From NCBI GenBank assembly GCA_030390025.1, contig CM059432.1:97962001-98026000 (forward strand): a DNA stretch of 64,000 nt, written 5' to 3'. Each line of letters opens with the position of its first letter. Position 1 is the first letter of the stretch. Of the stretch, positions 10,306 through 22,409 are shown piece by piece. The position numbers and the translations under genes were made by a program. This stretch comes from Squalus acanthias (Eukaryota). The notes below the pieces were generated by a model. The model ran no database searches. It was not told the origin of the DNA and saw only the letters and a program-made list of their open reading frames with translations.

Positions 10306-10747
10306 TCGGAAAATGGCGTCATTCCCGCTCGCCACGTGCGCCGCGGAAATTTGTACTCGATCATGATTTTCAAAGATTGTAAATACGTTTGGGAACTCGA
10401 CATGTGTTAAGAGTTGGTGTTGATTATTTTGGTGATGGTGTTACAGTTAAAAATGATTGTTTGGTTTTGGGTTTTGTTTTCCTTTCCCTGAATAAAAGAT
10501 GAATATACAGGTGATACGAGAGGCATCGGCCTGGTTACGCCGGGAAGGAAAACAAGTGGTGTAAGTTTAAGGGCAAATAATGCCTACGGTGATATAAAAT
10601 GTAATTTTCTTGGGAAATAAGGACGACACAGAGACCCTAGCTAGGTTAAAATTAATGGGATTAATTTGCTGGATTCGGAGAGAAATCGAGATAATATTGC
10701 TCACCACTATGATTTTTGATACGATAAGCGGAGTTATTCGCATCAAC

Positions 10748-10756
10748 AGGAGGGAC
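10748..10756 (+). other. Polypurine tract
   Basis: AGGAGGGAC immediately before the TG of the 3' LTR. Confidence 0.75.
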
Positions 10757-12384
10757 TGTAGAATTCGCAATATATCGCGATTTTATTAATAAGGAGAAAA
10801 CACAAAGTTTCGTTCAAACAGCTTTTATTTCAGCAGAATGCTGCCAGGTTGTTCAAAGTGGACACAAGCAGCCTGTAAAATGGCCGCCGCACCTCGTGAC
10901 AGAACATTCTAGACTTTTCAACAGGCAGACAAGATGGCGTTCCAATAAACATTTGGGCAAGATCGATTAAGATTCAGCACAGTGAAGATAATACACGAGA
11001 CATTGTGGGTTTGCGGTATACAAATAAATACTGAAATCGGTCTCCCAGGTACGAATGAAAGCTATTGTACCGAGTAATCAAGGGCCCATCCAAAAGACAT
11101 TAATATGTAAAATCCCAACGACTCTACGATGAGAGAGCCGTTAGCAGGTAGTTATACAAAACACTTGGAAGCCCCAAAACCCCTCCAGGGAGAACACCGA
11201 CCGATTTAACAATGGGAGAAATATTAACAGGTACTCAGACATTTACGAGTAGCCCCGAAACCCATTAAGAACGGAGATCACCCATACAAGACATTTGAGC
11301 GCCAGACCCTAACAAAAGAAAGGACATTAAGGTTGGGCGGGAAACGGAAGATTTTGTACTATAATTACAAGCTCCAAACCGTCCATCTTTCTCTTATTCG
11401 CTTATCCTCGTGGCTGCTCCTGTGTACTCGTAGTCGGGCTCCTGCTTGCCTGGTGCCTCTTTGAAAAGGACTGTCGAACTTTCTGATCCGTTCAGATCTA
11501 CCTCGTGTCGCGTAACGAAGACCTATGTTGGTAACTGGCAGCGGAACCAAAGGCCCGAGATGAGATGAGATGAGATGAGATGAGATGAGAAGAGAGGAAG
11601 ACCATACTCATCGCCACGGTCAGTAAATCCCGACCGCGCCTGTAGGTCGAATAGCCAAGTTTTCCTTGCCAGGGAGACTTCTTCGAACTTGCAAGAACGG
11701 TTCATCATCGATGATATTGACTAATCTGTGAACTGTGCTCGAAAGTACCTGTTAAACCAACCAACACAGGTCTTCATCACAGCAGACGGTCCAGCCTGCT
11801 AGCCGGAGCAGAAGCAAGTAAACAAGTGGGACCAGGAGATCTCCTGACCGACACGTGGGTGCTGCGGTGAAAAACATCCGATCAGCTATTCGGAATTTCT
11901 CCGAGTTATCACGAGTGGTGAGCATGAGTCTCGAAATCCTACGAATCTAGTTAGGATAGATATTGATAGGGGAGGGTTTAAGTATTAAGGATACTTGTAA
12001 TGTGTGCCCCTATTTACGGTGTGTCGTTCGTTCCTCGTTTCCCTAGGATCAGCTATATAACTGCTTGTAAGATTGTACTGTCATTAATCTGTGCTTATGA
12101 CATGTATTTCATAATCTTAAATATCATGCAATAAAGATTTTCCATTTCGTACCATTCAACCGAGTCTACATGAGTTTCATCTCCATTACTGCTCTCGCAT
12201 CTAAGTCCAGTGTCTAGAACCGTAAGGGCGAGTGATTCGAACCACTCACAGGTGTGTCTAGTGTTCCCAGGCTGGCTGGAGACCAGAACAGGCAACAAGG
12301 CCTAGACCCGCACTGACATACAGGCTGCACAGAGCCGCGTGAATCTCACAGGCTGCGAGACACGCAGGGTCAGAATCCCTTACA
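10757..12384 (+). repeat. Complete 3' LTR (1628 bp)
   Basis: TGTAG...TTACA, followed by TSD TACT. Confidence 0.95.
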
Positions 12385-12446
12385 TACTTTACCGGCAGTC
12401 CCACCTCCATGCCCGCCTCCTCGGGGCTGAGAAAATCCAGTCCTCA

Positions 12447-13060
12447 GAGTACAAAAGCAAGGAAGTTATGATGAACCTTTATAAAACACTGGTCCGGCCT
12501 CAACCGGAGTATTGTGTCCAATTCTGGGCACCACACTTTAGGAAGGATGTGAAGGCCTTAGAGAGGGTGGAGAAAAGATTTACAAGAATGGTCCCAGGGA
12601 TGAGGGACTTCAGTTATGTGGATAGACTGGAGAAGCTGGGGTTGTTCTCCTTAGAGCAGAGAAGGTTGAGAGGAGATTTGATAGAGGTGTTCAGAATCAT
12701 GAGGGATCTAGACAGAGTAGATAGAGAGAAACTGGTCCCATTGGCGGAAGGATCGAGAACCAGAAGACACAGATTTAAGGTGATTGGCAGAAGAACCAAA
12801 GGCGACATGAGGAAAAACTTTTTTTACGCAGCGAGTGGTTACAATCTGGAATGCACTGCCTGAAAGGGTGGTGGAGGCAGATTCAATTGTGGCTTTCAAA
12901 AGGGAATTGGATAAGTACTAGAAGAAAACATTTTTGCAGGGCTACGGGGAAAGGATGGGGGGTTGGGACTAGCTGAAGTGCTCTTGCAGAGAGGCGGCAC
13001 AGGCTTGACGGGATGAATGGCCTCCTTCTGTGCTGTTACCATTCTATGATTTTATGATTC
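12447..13060 (+). mobile_element. CR1 LINE 3' fragment
   Basis: EYKSKEVMMNLYKTLVRP..EYCVQFW..RRLRGDLIEV. The CR1-type 3' UTR ends in (TTCTATGA)-like repeats. Confidence 0.9.
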
Positions 13061-13389
13061 CATTATATTTTAATTTCTCTATTTATCCTAAATCATGTTT
13101 GTAATGTCCGAGAATCATAGAAGAATAGAATGGTTACAGAACAGAAGGAGGCCATTCGGCCCATCGAGCCCGTGCCGGCTCTCTGCAACAGCATTTCAGC
13201 TAGACCCAATCCCCCGCCCTTTCTCTGTAGCCCTGCAATTTTTTTTCTTTCAGGTACTTATCCAATTCCCTTTTGAAAGCCATGATTGAATCTGCCTCGA
13301 CTACCCTCTCAGGCAGTGCTTTCCAGATCATAACCACTCGCTGCATACATTTTTTTCCCTCATGTCGGCTTTGGACCTTCTGCCAATCA

Positions 13390-15179
13390 TGAATGGTGGT
13401 GGATAATTAAATAACTAACGGGAGGAGGAAGCTCCATGAATATTCCCATCCTCAATGATGGTGGTGCCCAGCACGTGAATGCAAAAGACAAGGCTGAAGC
13501 ATTTGCAATCATATTTAGCCAGAAGTGCCGAGTGAATGATCCATATTGGCCTCCTCCTGAGGTCCCCACCATCTCTGAAGTCAATCTTCAGCCAATTCGA
13601 TTCACTCCACATGATATCAAGAAACAGCTGAGTGCACTGGCTATTGCAAAGGCTATGGACCCTGACAACATCCCGGCTGTCGTGCTGAAGACTTGTGCTC
13701 CAGAACTAGCCAAGCTGTTCCAGTACAGCTGCAACACTGGCATCTGCCCGACAATGTGGAAAATTGTCCATGTATGTCCTGTCCACAAAAAGCAGGACAA
13801 ATCCAATCTGGCCAATTACCGTCCCATCAGTCTACTCTCAATCATCAGCAAAGTGATGGAAGGTGTCATCGACAGTGCTATCAAGTGCCACTTACTCACC
13901 AACAACCTGTTCACCAATGCTCAGTTTGGGTTCCACCAGGACCACTTGGCTCCAGACCTCCTTACATCCTGGGTCCAAATATGGAAAAAGAGCTGAATTC
14001 CAGAGGTGAGGTGAGAGTGACTGCCTTTGACATCAAGGCAGCATTTAACAGAGTGTGGCATCAAGGAACCCTAGTAAAAGAATCAGGTGGAAAAACTCCA
14101 TTGGTTGGAGTCATACCTAGCACAAGGAAAATGGAACAATGTAGTTGTTGGAGGTTAATCATCTCAGCCCCAGTACATCGATGCAGGAGTTGCTCAGGGC
14201 AGTGTCCTGGGCCCAACCATCTTCAGCTGCTTCATCAATGACCTTCCCTCCATCATAAGGTCGGAAGTGGAGATGTTTGCTGATGATTGCACAGTGTTCA
14301 GTTCCATTCGCAACTCCTCAGACAATGAAGCAGTCCATGCCTGAATGCAGCAAGACCTGGATGACATTCAGGCTTGGGCTGATAAGTGGCAAGCAACATT
14401 CGCGCCACACAAGTGCCAGACAATGACTATCTCCAACAAGCAAGAGTCTAACCACCGCCCCTTGATATTCAACGGCATTCACTTCACCGAATCCCTCACC
14501 ATCAACATCCTGGGGGGTCACCATTGACCAGAAACTTAAGTGGACCAGCCACATAAATACTGTGGCTACAAGAGCAGGTCAGAGGCTGGGTTTTCTGCAG
14601 CAAGTGTCTCACCTCCTGACTCCCCAAAGCTGTTCCACCATCTACAAGGCACAAGTCAGGAGTGTGATGGAATACTCTCCACTTGCCTGGATGAGTGCAG
14701 CTCCAACAACACTCAAGAAGCTCGACACAATCCAGAACAAAGCAACCCGCTTGATTGGCACCCCATCCACCACCTTAAACATTCACACCTTCTACCACTG
14801 GCGCAATGTGTCGGCAGTGTGTACCATCTACAAGATGCACTGCAGCAACTCGCCAAGGCTTCTTCGACAGCACCTCCCAAACCCGCGACCTCAACCACCT
14901 AGAAGGACAAGGGCAGCAGGTGCATGGGAACACCATCACCTGCAAGTTCCCCTCCAAGATACACACCATCCTTACTAGGAAATATATTGCCGTTCCTTCA
15001 TCGTCGCTGGGCCAAAATCCTGGAACTCCCTCCCTAACAGCACTGTGGGAGTATCTTCACCACAAGGACTGCATTGGTTCAAGAAGGCTGCTCACCACCA
15101 CCTTCTCAAGGGCAATTAAGTGTGGGCAATAAGTTCTGGCTTTGCCAGAGACGCCCACATCCCAGGAATAAAAAAAAAA
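13390..15179 (+). mobile_element. 5'-truncated CR1/L2-group (Crack-like) LINE, degenerate
   Basis: NYRPISLL, QFGF, FDIKAAF, MFADD, YKAQVRSVMEYSPLAW; polyA tail; TSD AATCA. Confidence 0.85.
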
Positions 15180-15800
15180 TCACCTTAAATCTGTGTTCTC
15201 TGGTTCTCGACCCATCCGTCAATGGGAACAGTTTCTCTCTATCTACTCTGTCTAGACCCCTCATGATTTTGAACACCTCTATCAAATCTCCTCTCAATCT
15301 TCTCTGCTCTAAGGAGAACAACCCCAGTTTCTCTAGTCTATCCACGTAACTGAAGTCCCTCATCCCTGGAACCATTCTTGTAAATCTTTTCTGCACCTTC
15401 TCTAAGGCCTTCACATCCTTGCTAAAGTGCGGTGCCCAGAATTGGACACAATACTCCAGTTGAGGCCGGACCAGTGTTTTATAAAGGTTCAGCATAACTT
15501 TCTTACTTTTGTACTCCAGGGGCTGGATTTTGTCTTGGGGTTGGGTTGGGGTCGTGTTACCCGCATTTCGTGTTGCCCCCCCCCGACTCCAGATTAATGT
15601 GGATGAATGACGCGATTTTAACTTAATTGGCCAATTGAGTTCCAACATGTGGGAACCCATGGCCAATGAGTTATTCCAGTCTGAAAGTCACCTTCGATGA
15701 CGTCATCATTGCTGCTGCATTTAAGGTCTGCAACAAGCCTTGCTTCTTCTGCAGGCTGCCAAGCTTTTGGACCTCTATTCTAAAGGCAACTGCAGCAGGA

Positions 15801-17717
15801 ATGGCCAGCCAACGGCCCAGGTCTGCTCCCAGGTTCCATGACGTTGCCCTGCAGGCTTTGGTGGATGGAGCAAGAGCCAACAGGGAGGTGCTCTTCCCCT
15901 CCTCAGGGAGGAAGAAGCCTCCCCAGCAGACCAAGGCTGTGTGGGTCCAGATCGCCCAGGAGGTCACCTCCTTATCATTCACCTGCAGAACCTGGATCCA
16001 GTGCAGGAAGAGGTTTCATGACCTTCTACGTACTGCTAAAGTGACTATGACTTTCCCTTCACCCTCAATCTGATCCCCATTGCCTCTCCTCACCAGCACT
16101 CAGCTTTAGCAACCTCTTCCTCCATATCCCACTTGACACTGACATCCATGCACCCTTACCCATTCCCTCTCCCTCTATGGTCAAATTCACCTTACTATTC
16201 GACTATGCAGCCCTCACACTCCCTATCACTGTCATGCTTTGAAAACAACTTACAACACACAGTGAGGACCCTTAGTCTCGCCAGCTCAATCCATCTTTGT
16301 CTCCTTCTAAGCATCTATGCTATGGATTCTCTACACTCACTCCTTCAATCTCACTCAAACTCCACTTGTCTCCCTCATTGCAGGAAAAGAGAGCTCACAA
16401 TAAAAGGGAAAGAGCCAGGACAGGAGGAGGGCCACCCTCATTAGCCCAGCTCACCCCCTGGGAGGATGCGGTCCTGGAGATCATGGGCATCCAGGAGGAA
16501 ACGCAAGTGGGGGATAGACAGACGGGTGCATCAGAGCAAGCTGGTGACTGAATAGTGTTCCATCTCTCTCATTGACATTGCATGAGTCGCTGATAATGAA
16601 TCTGAAGCTCTAACAGATGGATTTATGATCATCTGCAATATGCAATGTGCATGTAACCTTGGCATCACATCTCTGACTCTTTCCTTTACTCCCCCACAGG
16701 ACCATCGCAAGCACACGTCCCCACTAGCCAGGAGGAAGAGCCTGAGCAGACAGACTCCTCAGAGGAAGCTGCAACCTCTGAGGGCGCAGCGTCAGCAGAA
16801 CTCAGCGCACCCAGCACCAGTGCAGATACTTACACCTCGGTGGGACCCTCGGGACATAGAGTAGTGTTGTCACCTGGTGTATCACAGCTCACAAGTGAGC
16901 ATCAACAGATGGTGGAGACAGGGACAGCAGTGGAGAGTCCTAGTCGGAGGACTCTCCTAGCTCGGCTCAGCTGCATGTCGACCCTCTGCCTCTGGGTCCA
17001 TCCATAAGATCAGCGGTGCTGGGACTCCAGGAACAGATGCAGGAGTCTCTGACAGGTTTTGTCTCTAGGGTCGCTGCGAGTGTGGAGTGAATGGAGGAGT
17101 CCATAGCGAACATGAGCAGAGCCTTTGTAGAGTCATTGGCGCTTGAACGCATCACCATGGAAAGGATGGCAACCTCCATGGAGGTGATAAGTCGCCAGAG
17201 TGCAGAAAACATGGTGAGTGTTCTGAATAGAATGACATCTCTGGAGGAGCGATGGTCATCTATTGAACAGAGAAACCAGACCTTCATGGAAGTCCTTCTG
17301 AGTTGGACTTCCAGTGCAGATACGGGTCCCCATGGCCCCCCTGATGTGCATCAAGGTGCTCTCAAGCCACTTGCAAGCGCTGAGGTGGACCTGACCCATG
17401 AGAGGGATGTTGGTGGCACACAACAAGGAGGTGGGGGCTCCTCTCCAAGTGCACACACTTCCATGCCACTGACAGGTCCTCGGTCAGAGCCCCACCAGAG
17501 TCCGCACCCAAGTGAGATCGGCATCTCCAGCCCTGCCCAGCCGCAGGAGCAGCAGACTGTTGCCGAGCCCTCTCAGGTTCGCAACCCCAGAGGACGCCCG
17601 CCAAAGGAGTCGAGACAGGAGCAGCAACAAAGTGAGCAGGTGACCTCCACTTCTGCTGAAGCCACAGGGGAAGCACCACGTAGGAGCATGCGTAAGAGAA
17701 AGAAACTGCACAAATAG
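15801..17717 (+). pseudogene. Harbinger Myb/SANT-like DNA-binding gene; predicted exons 15801-16040, 16384-16543, 16700-17717
   Basis: APRF..L..LV..V...REVLFP...W.QIA..V...RTWIQCRKRFHDL motif; GT/AG boundaries; C-terminal RKRKK; frameshift and stop in exon 3. Confidence 0.8.
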
Positions 17718-17999
17718 TCACAAGGTTAGTCACTTGGGTGAATTTTGATGTGTATTGTGAAAAAACCATCAGGTGTAAAGTTTAAATAAAAACTCTGATG
17801 GCTACAGCTGCAGTTGTGGCATCTGTCATTTCGCTAATGGGACTTCCACAATGAGGCCTTAGGATAACTTGCAATTGTCAGTATGGTGGTCACATTGTTA
17901 GGGATTCGCTGGGTCTGGGCCATTGTCGTAGCTCTGGTAAGAAGCTGCGAGGCAAAAGTGCTTGCTTGTCTAGGCTAAGCAAATCTGGCCAAGATGAGT

Positions 18000-19223
18000 G
18001 CGTTCCTTGCATTCCGGGCAGCTATGGTCTCGCGTAATGCTGCTGCTGGTTGAGGGGCCTCTGCAAGTTATTTGTTCTCTCTCTCTCCTCCTCCTCCTCC
18101 TCCTCCTCCTCATCTGAGGAGGCTATGTGAGGAGCCACTTGGTCCTCCTGCATCTGTAAGCCACGACGCTGTGCCATGTTGTGAAGTGCACAGCAAACCA
18201 CAACGATTCTGGAGACCCTGGCTGCTGATTATTGCAGGGCTCCACCTGATCTAAGGCATCTGAAGCGCATCTTCAGCATACCGATGGTTTGCTCGATTAT
18301 GGCTCTGGTGGAAATATGGCTGGAGTTGTAGCTCTCCTCAGCTGCATTGGATGGGCTCCTCAACGGCCTCATTAGCCACGTCTTCAGGGGATAGCCCTTG
18401 TCTCCAAGTAGCCATCCGTGATGTTGGTCTGGCGGACTGAATAGCGGAGGCACACTAGACTGGCGCAGTATGAAGGAGTCATGGCAACTGCCAGGGTACT
18501 TGGCACAAACATGCAGAACTTCCTTGTTGTGGTCACACACCAGCTGAACGTTGAGGGAGTGGAAGCCCTTGCGGTTGACAAAAATACCTGGATTGCGATG
18601 AGGTGCCTTAAGGGCACATGTGTGCAGTCAATGACGCCCTGCACCCTTGGAAAGCCTGCCAGATTAGCTAATCCAACCGCACACGCCGTGACACTTGCTC
18701 GATCCTTGGTGAAATGGATGTGATTTTGCGCGATGGCAAAGAGGGCATCGGTTACCTGCGTGATGCAAGTGTGTGCAGCCGCCTGGGAGATGCCGCTGAT
18801 GTCTGCTGCTGATCCCTGGAATGAGCCTGAGGCAAAAAAGTGGAGTGCAGTGGTGACTTTGATGGCCACTGGTAAGGGGCGTCCACCTGGTCCTCTGGGC
18901 TCCAGGTCTTGTTGCAGCATTGCACAAATGTCACCCACTACCTCTCGCGAAAGTCGGAGCCGCCTTTGGCACTGCTGCTCAGACATGTTGAGGTAGCTCA
19001 CCCTCTGTCTGTAGACCCTGTTTGGGCGGTATCTCCTGCGCCGATGGCCTTCCATGCGCTGGCCCCTTCTGTCCTGTGCAGCTTCAGGTGGGTGAGCAGC
19101 AGCTTGGCGCTCCTGCTGTTGCTGCTGCTGTTGGTGCTGCTGTTGTTCATGGTTCTGCTGGTGCCACGGCTGTTGTTCGTCCTCATCGGATACCCAGGAG
19201 GGAAAGAAAGAAATGGCTCCCAT
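18000..19223 (-). pseudogene. Harbinger (HARBI1-like) DDE transposase, frameshifted
   Basis: [56 protein letters not shown]. Confidence 0.88.
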
Positions 19224-20511
19224 GCCTCTGGTATATGTCTCAGTTGAGGAACCCCTCAATGAGGGTGGCGAGAGGGGGTTCCCAGGAGGTCACACTGCAG
19301 ATGGGTGTCAGGCTCCAAACTTCCAGAGCTGCGGTTATGCCTTCTAAAAGTTCCCCCAGACCTGTGACAACAAAGTCCTGCCACCTGCAATTGATGGCTG
19401 ATCAAATCTCCTATTTAAAGGTTGAGCTGCAGCTGATAGTCAGCAATCCACTTGTGCTCCCGCCAGGTTTCACTGGAGTGTTTCCCATCAAGCGTGCTTC
19501 ACGTGGGAAAAGGGTTAAACTACCTAAAATGCTTCAAAATGGCATTACTGAGCCACTTTAGGGATTGTTAAGGGCGTTAATGGCCTCTCCCGCCTCTTGG
19601 AGGTGGGACGGAGTCGGGAACCCCGCGACCGATTTTGTCAAAATTGCGTGGAGGCGTGTTGGAGTTGGGACCCCCGAATCTGCAACTTTAACCCCCCACA
19701 CGCCTCCAAACCCGACTCCACGGGTCATTCAAAATCCAGCCCCTGGCCTCTATTTATAAAGCCCAGGACCCCATTTTTTTTTAACTGCTTTCTCAATCTG
19801 TCCTGCAACCTTCAACGATTTGTGCACATATACCCCCAGGTCCTGCACCCCCTTTAGAATTGTACCCTGTGGTTTATATTGCCTCTCCGCATTCTTCCTA
19901 TCAAAATGTATCACTTCGCACTATTTTGCGTTAAACTTCATCTGCCACGTGTCCGCCCTCCGCCCATTCCACCAGCCTGTCTATGTCCTCTTGAAGTCTA
20001 TCCCTATCCTCCTCACTGTTAACTATGCTTCCAAGTTTTGTGTCATCTGCAAATTTTGAAAAATGCCCTGTACACCTAAGTCCAAATCATTAATATATGT
20101 CAAGAAAAGCAGTGGTCCTAGTACTGACCCCTGGGGAACACCACTGTATACCTTCCTCCAGTTCGAAAAACAACCGTTCACCACTTCTCTCTGTTTCCTG
20201 TCACTTAGCCAATTTCGTATCCATGCTGCCACTGTCCCTTTTATTTCATGGGCTTCAACTTTGCTTGTAAGCCTATTATGTGGCACTTTATCAAATGCCT
20301 TTTGGAAGTCCATGTACACCACATCAACCGCACTGCCCTCATCAACCCTCTCTGTTACCTCATCAAAAAATTCAGTCAAGTTGGTTAAATACGATTTGCC
20401 TTTAACAAATCATGCTGGCTTCCTGAAGCACTTTCAATCTTGACAAAAGATTTAGTTCTCTAATTCTCTACACTTTTTATGCCAGTTTTCTCTTCTTCTC
20501 ATGAACACAGT

Positions 20512-20664
20512 GGGGACAAATTTCTGCAAAGATTCTCCTGCTTGTTCATCGTTACTTCAGCAGAAGAGCCACGGAAACCCCGAAAAAATGGCATAAACAC
20601 CATTGTGCCATTTTCCCGTAGTTACGACAGATGAGCTGAAGAACCCCAATGGAATTTCACCCCC
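20512..20664. mobile_element. Short Harbinger-type MITE (related copy at ~49125-49281)
   Basis: Imperfect TIR GGGGACAAATTTC / GAATTTCACCCC and an internally palindromic layout. Confidence 0.5.
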
Positions 20665-20669
20665 ATTGA

Positions 20670-21000
20670 CTTTACTGGGATACAGTTCCATGGGCATCTG
20701 TCCAGACAGATTTTCAGGGCCTGCTTGTCAGCAAATTATTCAACTGAATATCCTATTATAGTTGAACCCAATCCTGTCCACAAATGTATCCGTCCACAAG
20801 AGTCACTGGATAATGATTAGGAGTGAATGTGCGAGCCAGTTTTTTGCTTTCTTACTCAGAGGCACTGAGACCAATTATAGAACTCCCACGAATGCCATTA
20901 TGAGATCAACTGATTCAGCACAGACTGAGGATCAATCCTAAGATCTTTCTAGCTTTTATTGCTCAGCTCCTTGCTGTCTTAACCAGTTGAGCCATCAGGC
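20670..21000 (-). mobile_element. Old tRNA-derived SINE (DeuSINE/SacSINE1-like)
   Basis: Minus-strand tRNA-like head (GATGGCTCAACTGGTTAAG...GGATTGATCC) followed by TCTGTGCTGA..GTTGATCTC. Recognised from memory only. Confidence 0.45.
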
Positions 21001-21229
21001 AACCTGGAAAGACATCAGAATGAAACCAATGGAAGCTCGAGGAACAGCACCTCACGTTCGATTAGGCACTTTACACCCTTCTGGACTCAACATTGAGTTT
21101 AACAATTTCAGAGCATAACCACTGCTCCCATTTTTTTTGATGCGGAGATGCCGGTGTTGGACTGGGGTGGACAAAAGTGAGAAGTCGCCCAACACCAGGT
21201 TATAGTCCAACAGCTTTATTTGAAATCAA

Positions 21230-21258
21230 AAGCTTTCGGAGCGCTGCTCCTTCATCAG
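21230..21258 (-). ncRNA. Minimal hammerhead ribozyme motif
   Basis: CTGATGA-A-GGAG-cagcg-CTCC-GAAA-GCTT: core boxes, stem II and a palindromic mini stem III. Confidence 0.65.
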
Positions 21259-21273
21259 GTGAAGTGACTTCAC

Positions 21274-21302
21274 CTGACGAAAGAGCAGCGCTCCGAAAGC
21301 TT
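21274..21302 (+). ncRNA. Minimal hammerhead ribozyme motif
   Basis: CTGACGA-AAGAG-cagcg-CTCC-GAAA-GCTT. Confidence 0.6.
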
Positions 21303-22044
21303 GTGATTTCAAATAAAGCTGTTGGACTATAACCTGATGTTGTGCGACTTCTCACTTTTGCCCATTTTTTTTGACAGCAGTTGCTGGTAATGATTCTGCT
21401 TTTGTCATTTTCAGCTCCTCTAGACCTATCTTTTGTTTCTTTACTTGTCCTATTACCATCCCTTTTGCCTTGCACCATCATCCCTTTTGTAATTTAATCA
21501 GTCCTACCTTCCACCCTATCATAGACCTACCCTTTGGTTCTTTCCTCTGCTCCGCCTCCCTTTCCCTGCCTCTGTACTTGCTTAAAACCTGTTACATCTC
21601 TAACTTTTTCCAGTTCTGATGAAAAGTCATTGATCTGAAACGTTAACTTTGTTTCTCTCTCCACAGATGCTGCTTGACCTGCTGAGTATTTCCAGCATCT
21701 TTTGTTTTTATTTCAGATTTCCAGCATCCGCAGTATTTTGCTTTTGTATCAGAATTACCCTAGTTGCTCTTCTCAGCATCCTCCTCACTGCAACATACTT
21801 TTTGAAGGTTAGTTTTTCCTCCTATTTCTTTGACAGCAGAAACCATTTACTCATCTATATTTACCAACATCTACTTTAAATGAATCAGGTTACTGTTTCT
21901 ATCTTTTATTTAAAAAAAAGGTTTAATTCATTGTTTTGTTAAATGCAGACTATCTTTTGCACCTAAGTGTCTTCTATCTAAATCTTTCTATCAGGTGTGC
22001 TTGTGCTACTGTTGCAGTATGCGCACTTTGTTGGTGGTTTACAT

Positions 22045-22409
22045 GGAATTCACAGCACTGAAACAGGCCCAACAGGTCCATGCTGGTGTATATGCTCCAC
22101 ACAAGCCTCTTTCCACCCTACTTCATGTAACCCTGTGAGCATATCCTTCTATTCCTTCTCCCTCATGTACTTATCTAGCTTCCCCTTAAATGCATATTTG
22201 CTATTTGCATCAAATACTCCATGTGGAAGCAAGTTCCATACTCTAACCACTCTCTGGGTAAAGAAGTTTCTCCTGAATTCCTTATTGGATTTATTAGTGA
22301 CTATCTTATATCTTATAACCATGTTTGGACTCCCCCACAAGTGCAAAAATCTTCTCTACATCTACCCCATCAAACTCCTTCATAATTTTAAAGACTTCCA
22401 TTAGATCAC
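22045..22409 (-). mobile_element. CR1 3' fragment, host of the Gypsy insertion (continues after 31535)
   Basis: RRNFFTQRVVRVWNLLP..FKGKLDKYM; DLMEVFKIMK. Confidence 0.75.

Larger units (their letters stand above)
1369..12384 (+). mobile_element. Young endogenous retrovirus-like provirus, lokiretrovirus-like: LTR-(gag remnant)-pol-env-LTR
   Basis: Direct repeats 1369-2991 and 10757-12384 (offset 9388), TG...CA termini, TSD TACT (1365-1368 and 12385-12388), PPT before the 3' LTR, pol with two RNase H domains, and an env. Confidence 0.93.
579..12443. mobile_element. Non-autonomous Harbinger-type element (MITE-like) split by the provirus; parts at 579-1368 and 12385-12443
   Basis: TIR GGGCTGGACTTTCTC at 579 and GAGAAAATCCAGTCC ending at 12443. 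Same TIR type as the Harbinger at 15520-19742. Confidence 0.7.
15520..19742. mobile_element. Full-length Harbinger/PIF DNA transposon with convergent Myb/SANT and transposase genes (degenerate)
   Basis: Perfect TIR GGGCTGGATTTTG / CAAAATCCAGCCC, with two convergent ORFs typical of Harbinger. Confidence 0.92.
13112..20420 (-). mobile_element. One CR1 LINE copy in three pieces (13112-13389, 15180-15516, 19746-20420), interrupted by a LINE and a Harbinger element
   Basis: The pieces join seamlessly. RT motifs [11 protein letters not shown] and [10 protein letters not shown] in ORF 20023-20379; C-terminal motifs in 15180-15516. Confidence 0.85.
21141..21360. repeat. Inverted Penelope-derived insertion forming a ~190 bp palindrome, flanked by a 14-bp TSD
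   Basis: Arms 21172-21265 and 21267-21360. TSD CCCATTTTTTTTGA at 21127-21140 and 21361-21374. Confidence 0.85.
21025..21750 (+). mobile_element. Penelope-like element 3' remnant (GIY-YIG C-terminus plus 3' region with hammerhead motif)
   Basis: KLEEQHL..RLGTLHPSGLNIEFNNFR-type C-terminus; CTGATGA..GAAACGTT at 21616-21644. Confidence 0.7.

Noticed and set aside
12339..12863. 174-aa ORF bridging the LTR, the MITE end and CR1
   Set aside because: A chance chimera of adjacent repeats with a GTG start.
18000..19223. Domesticated host HARBI1 gene
   Set aside because: It is frameshifted and enclosed by TIRs with a Myb partner, so it is a transposon copy.
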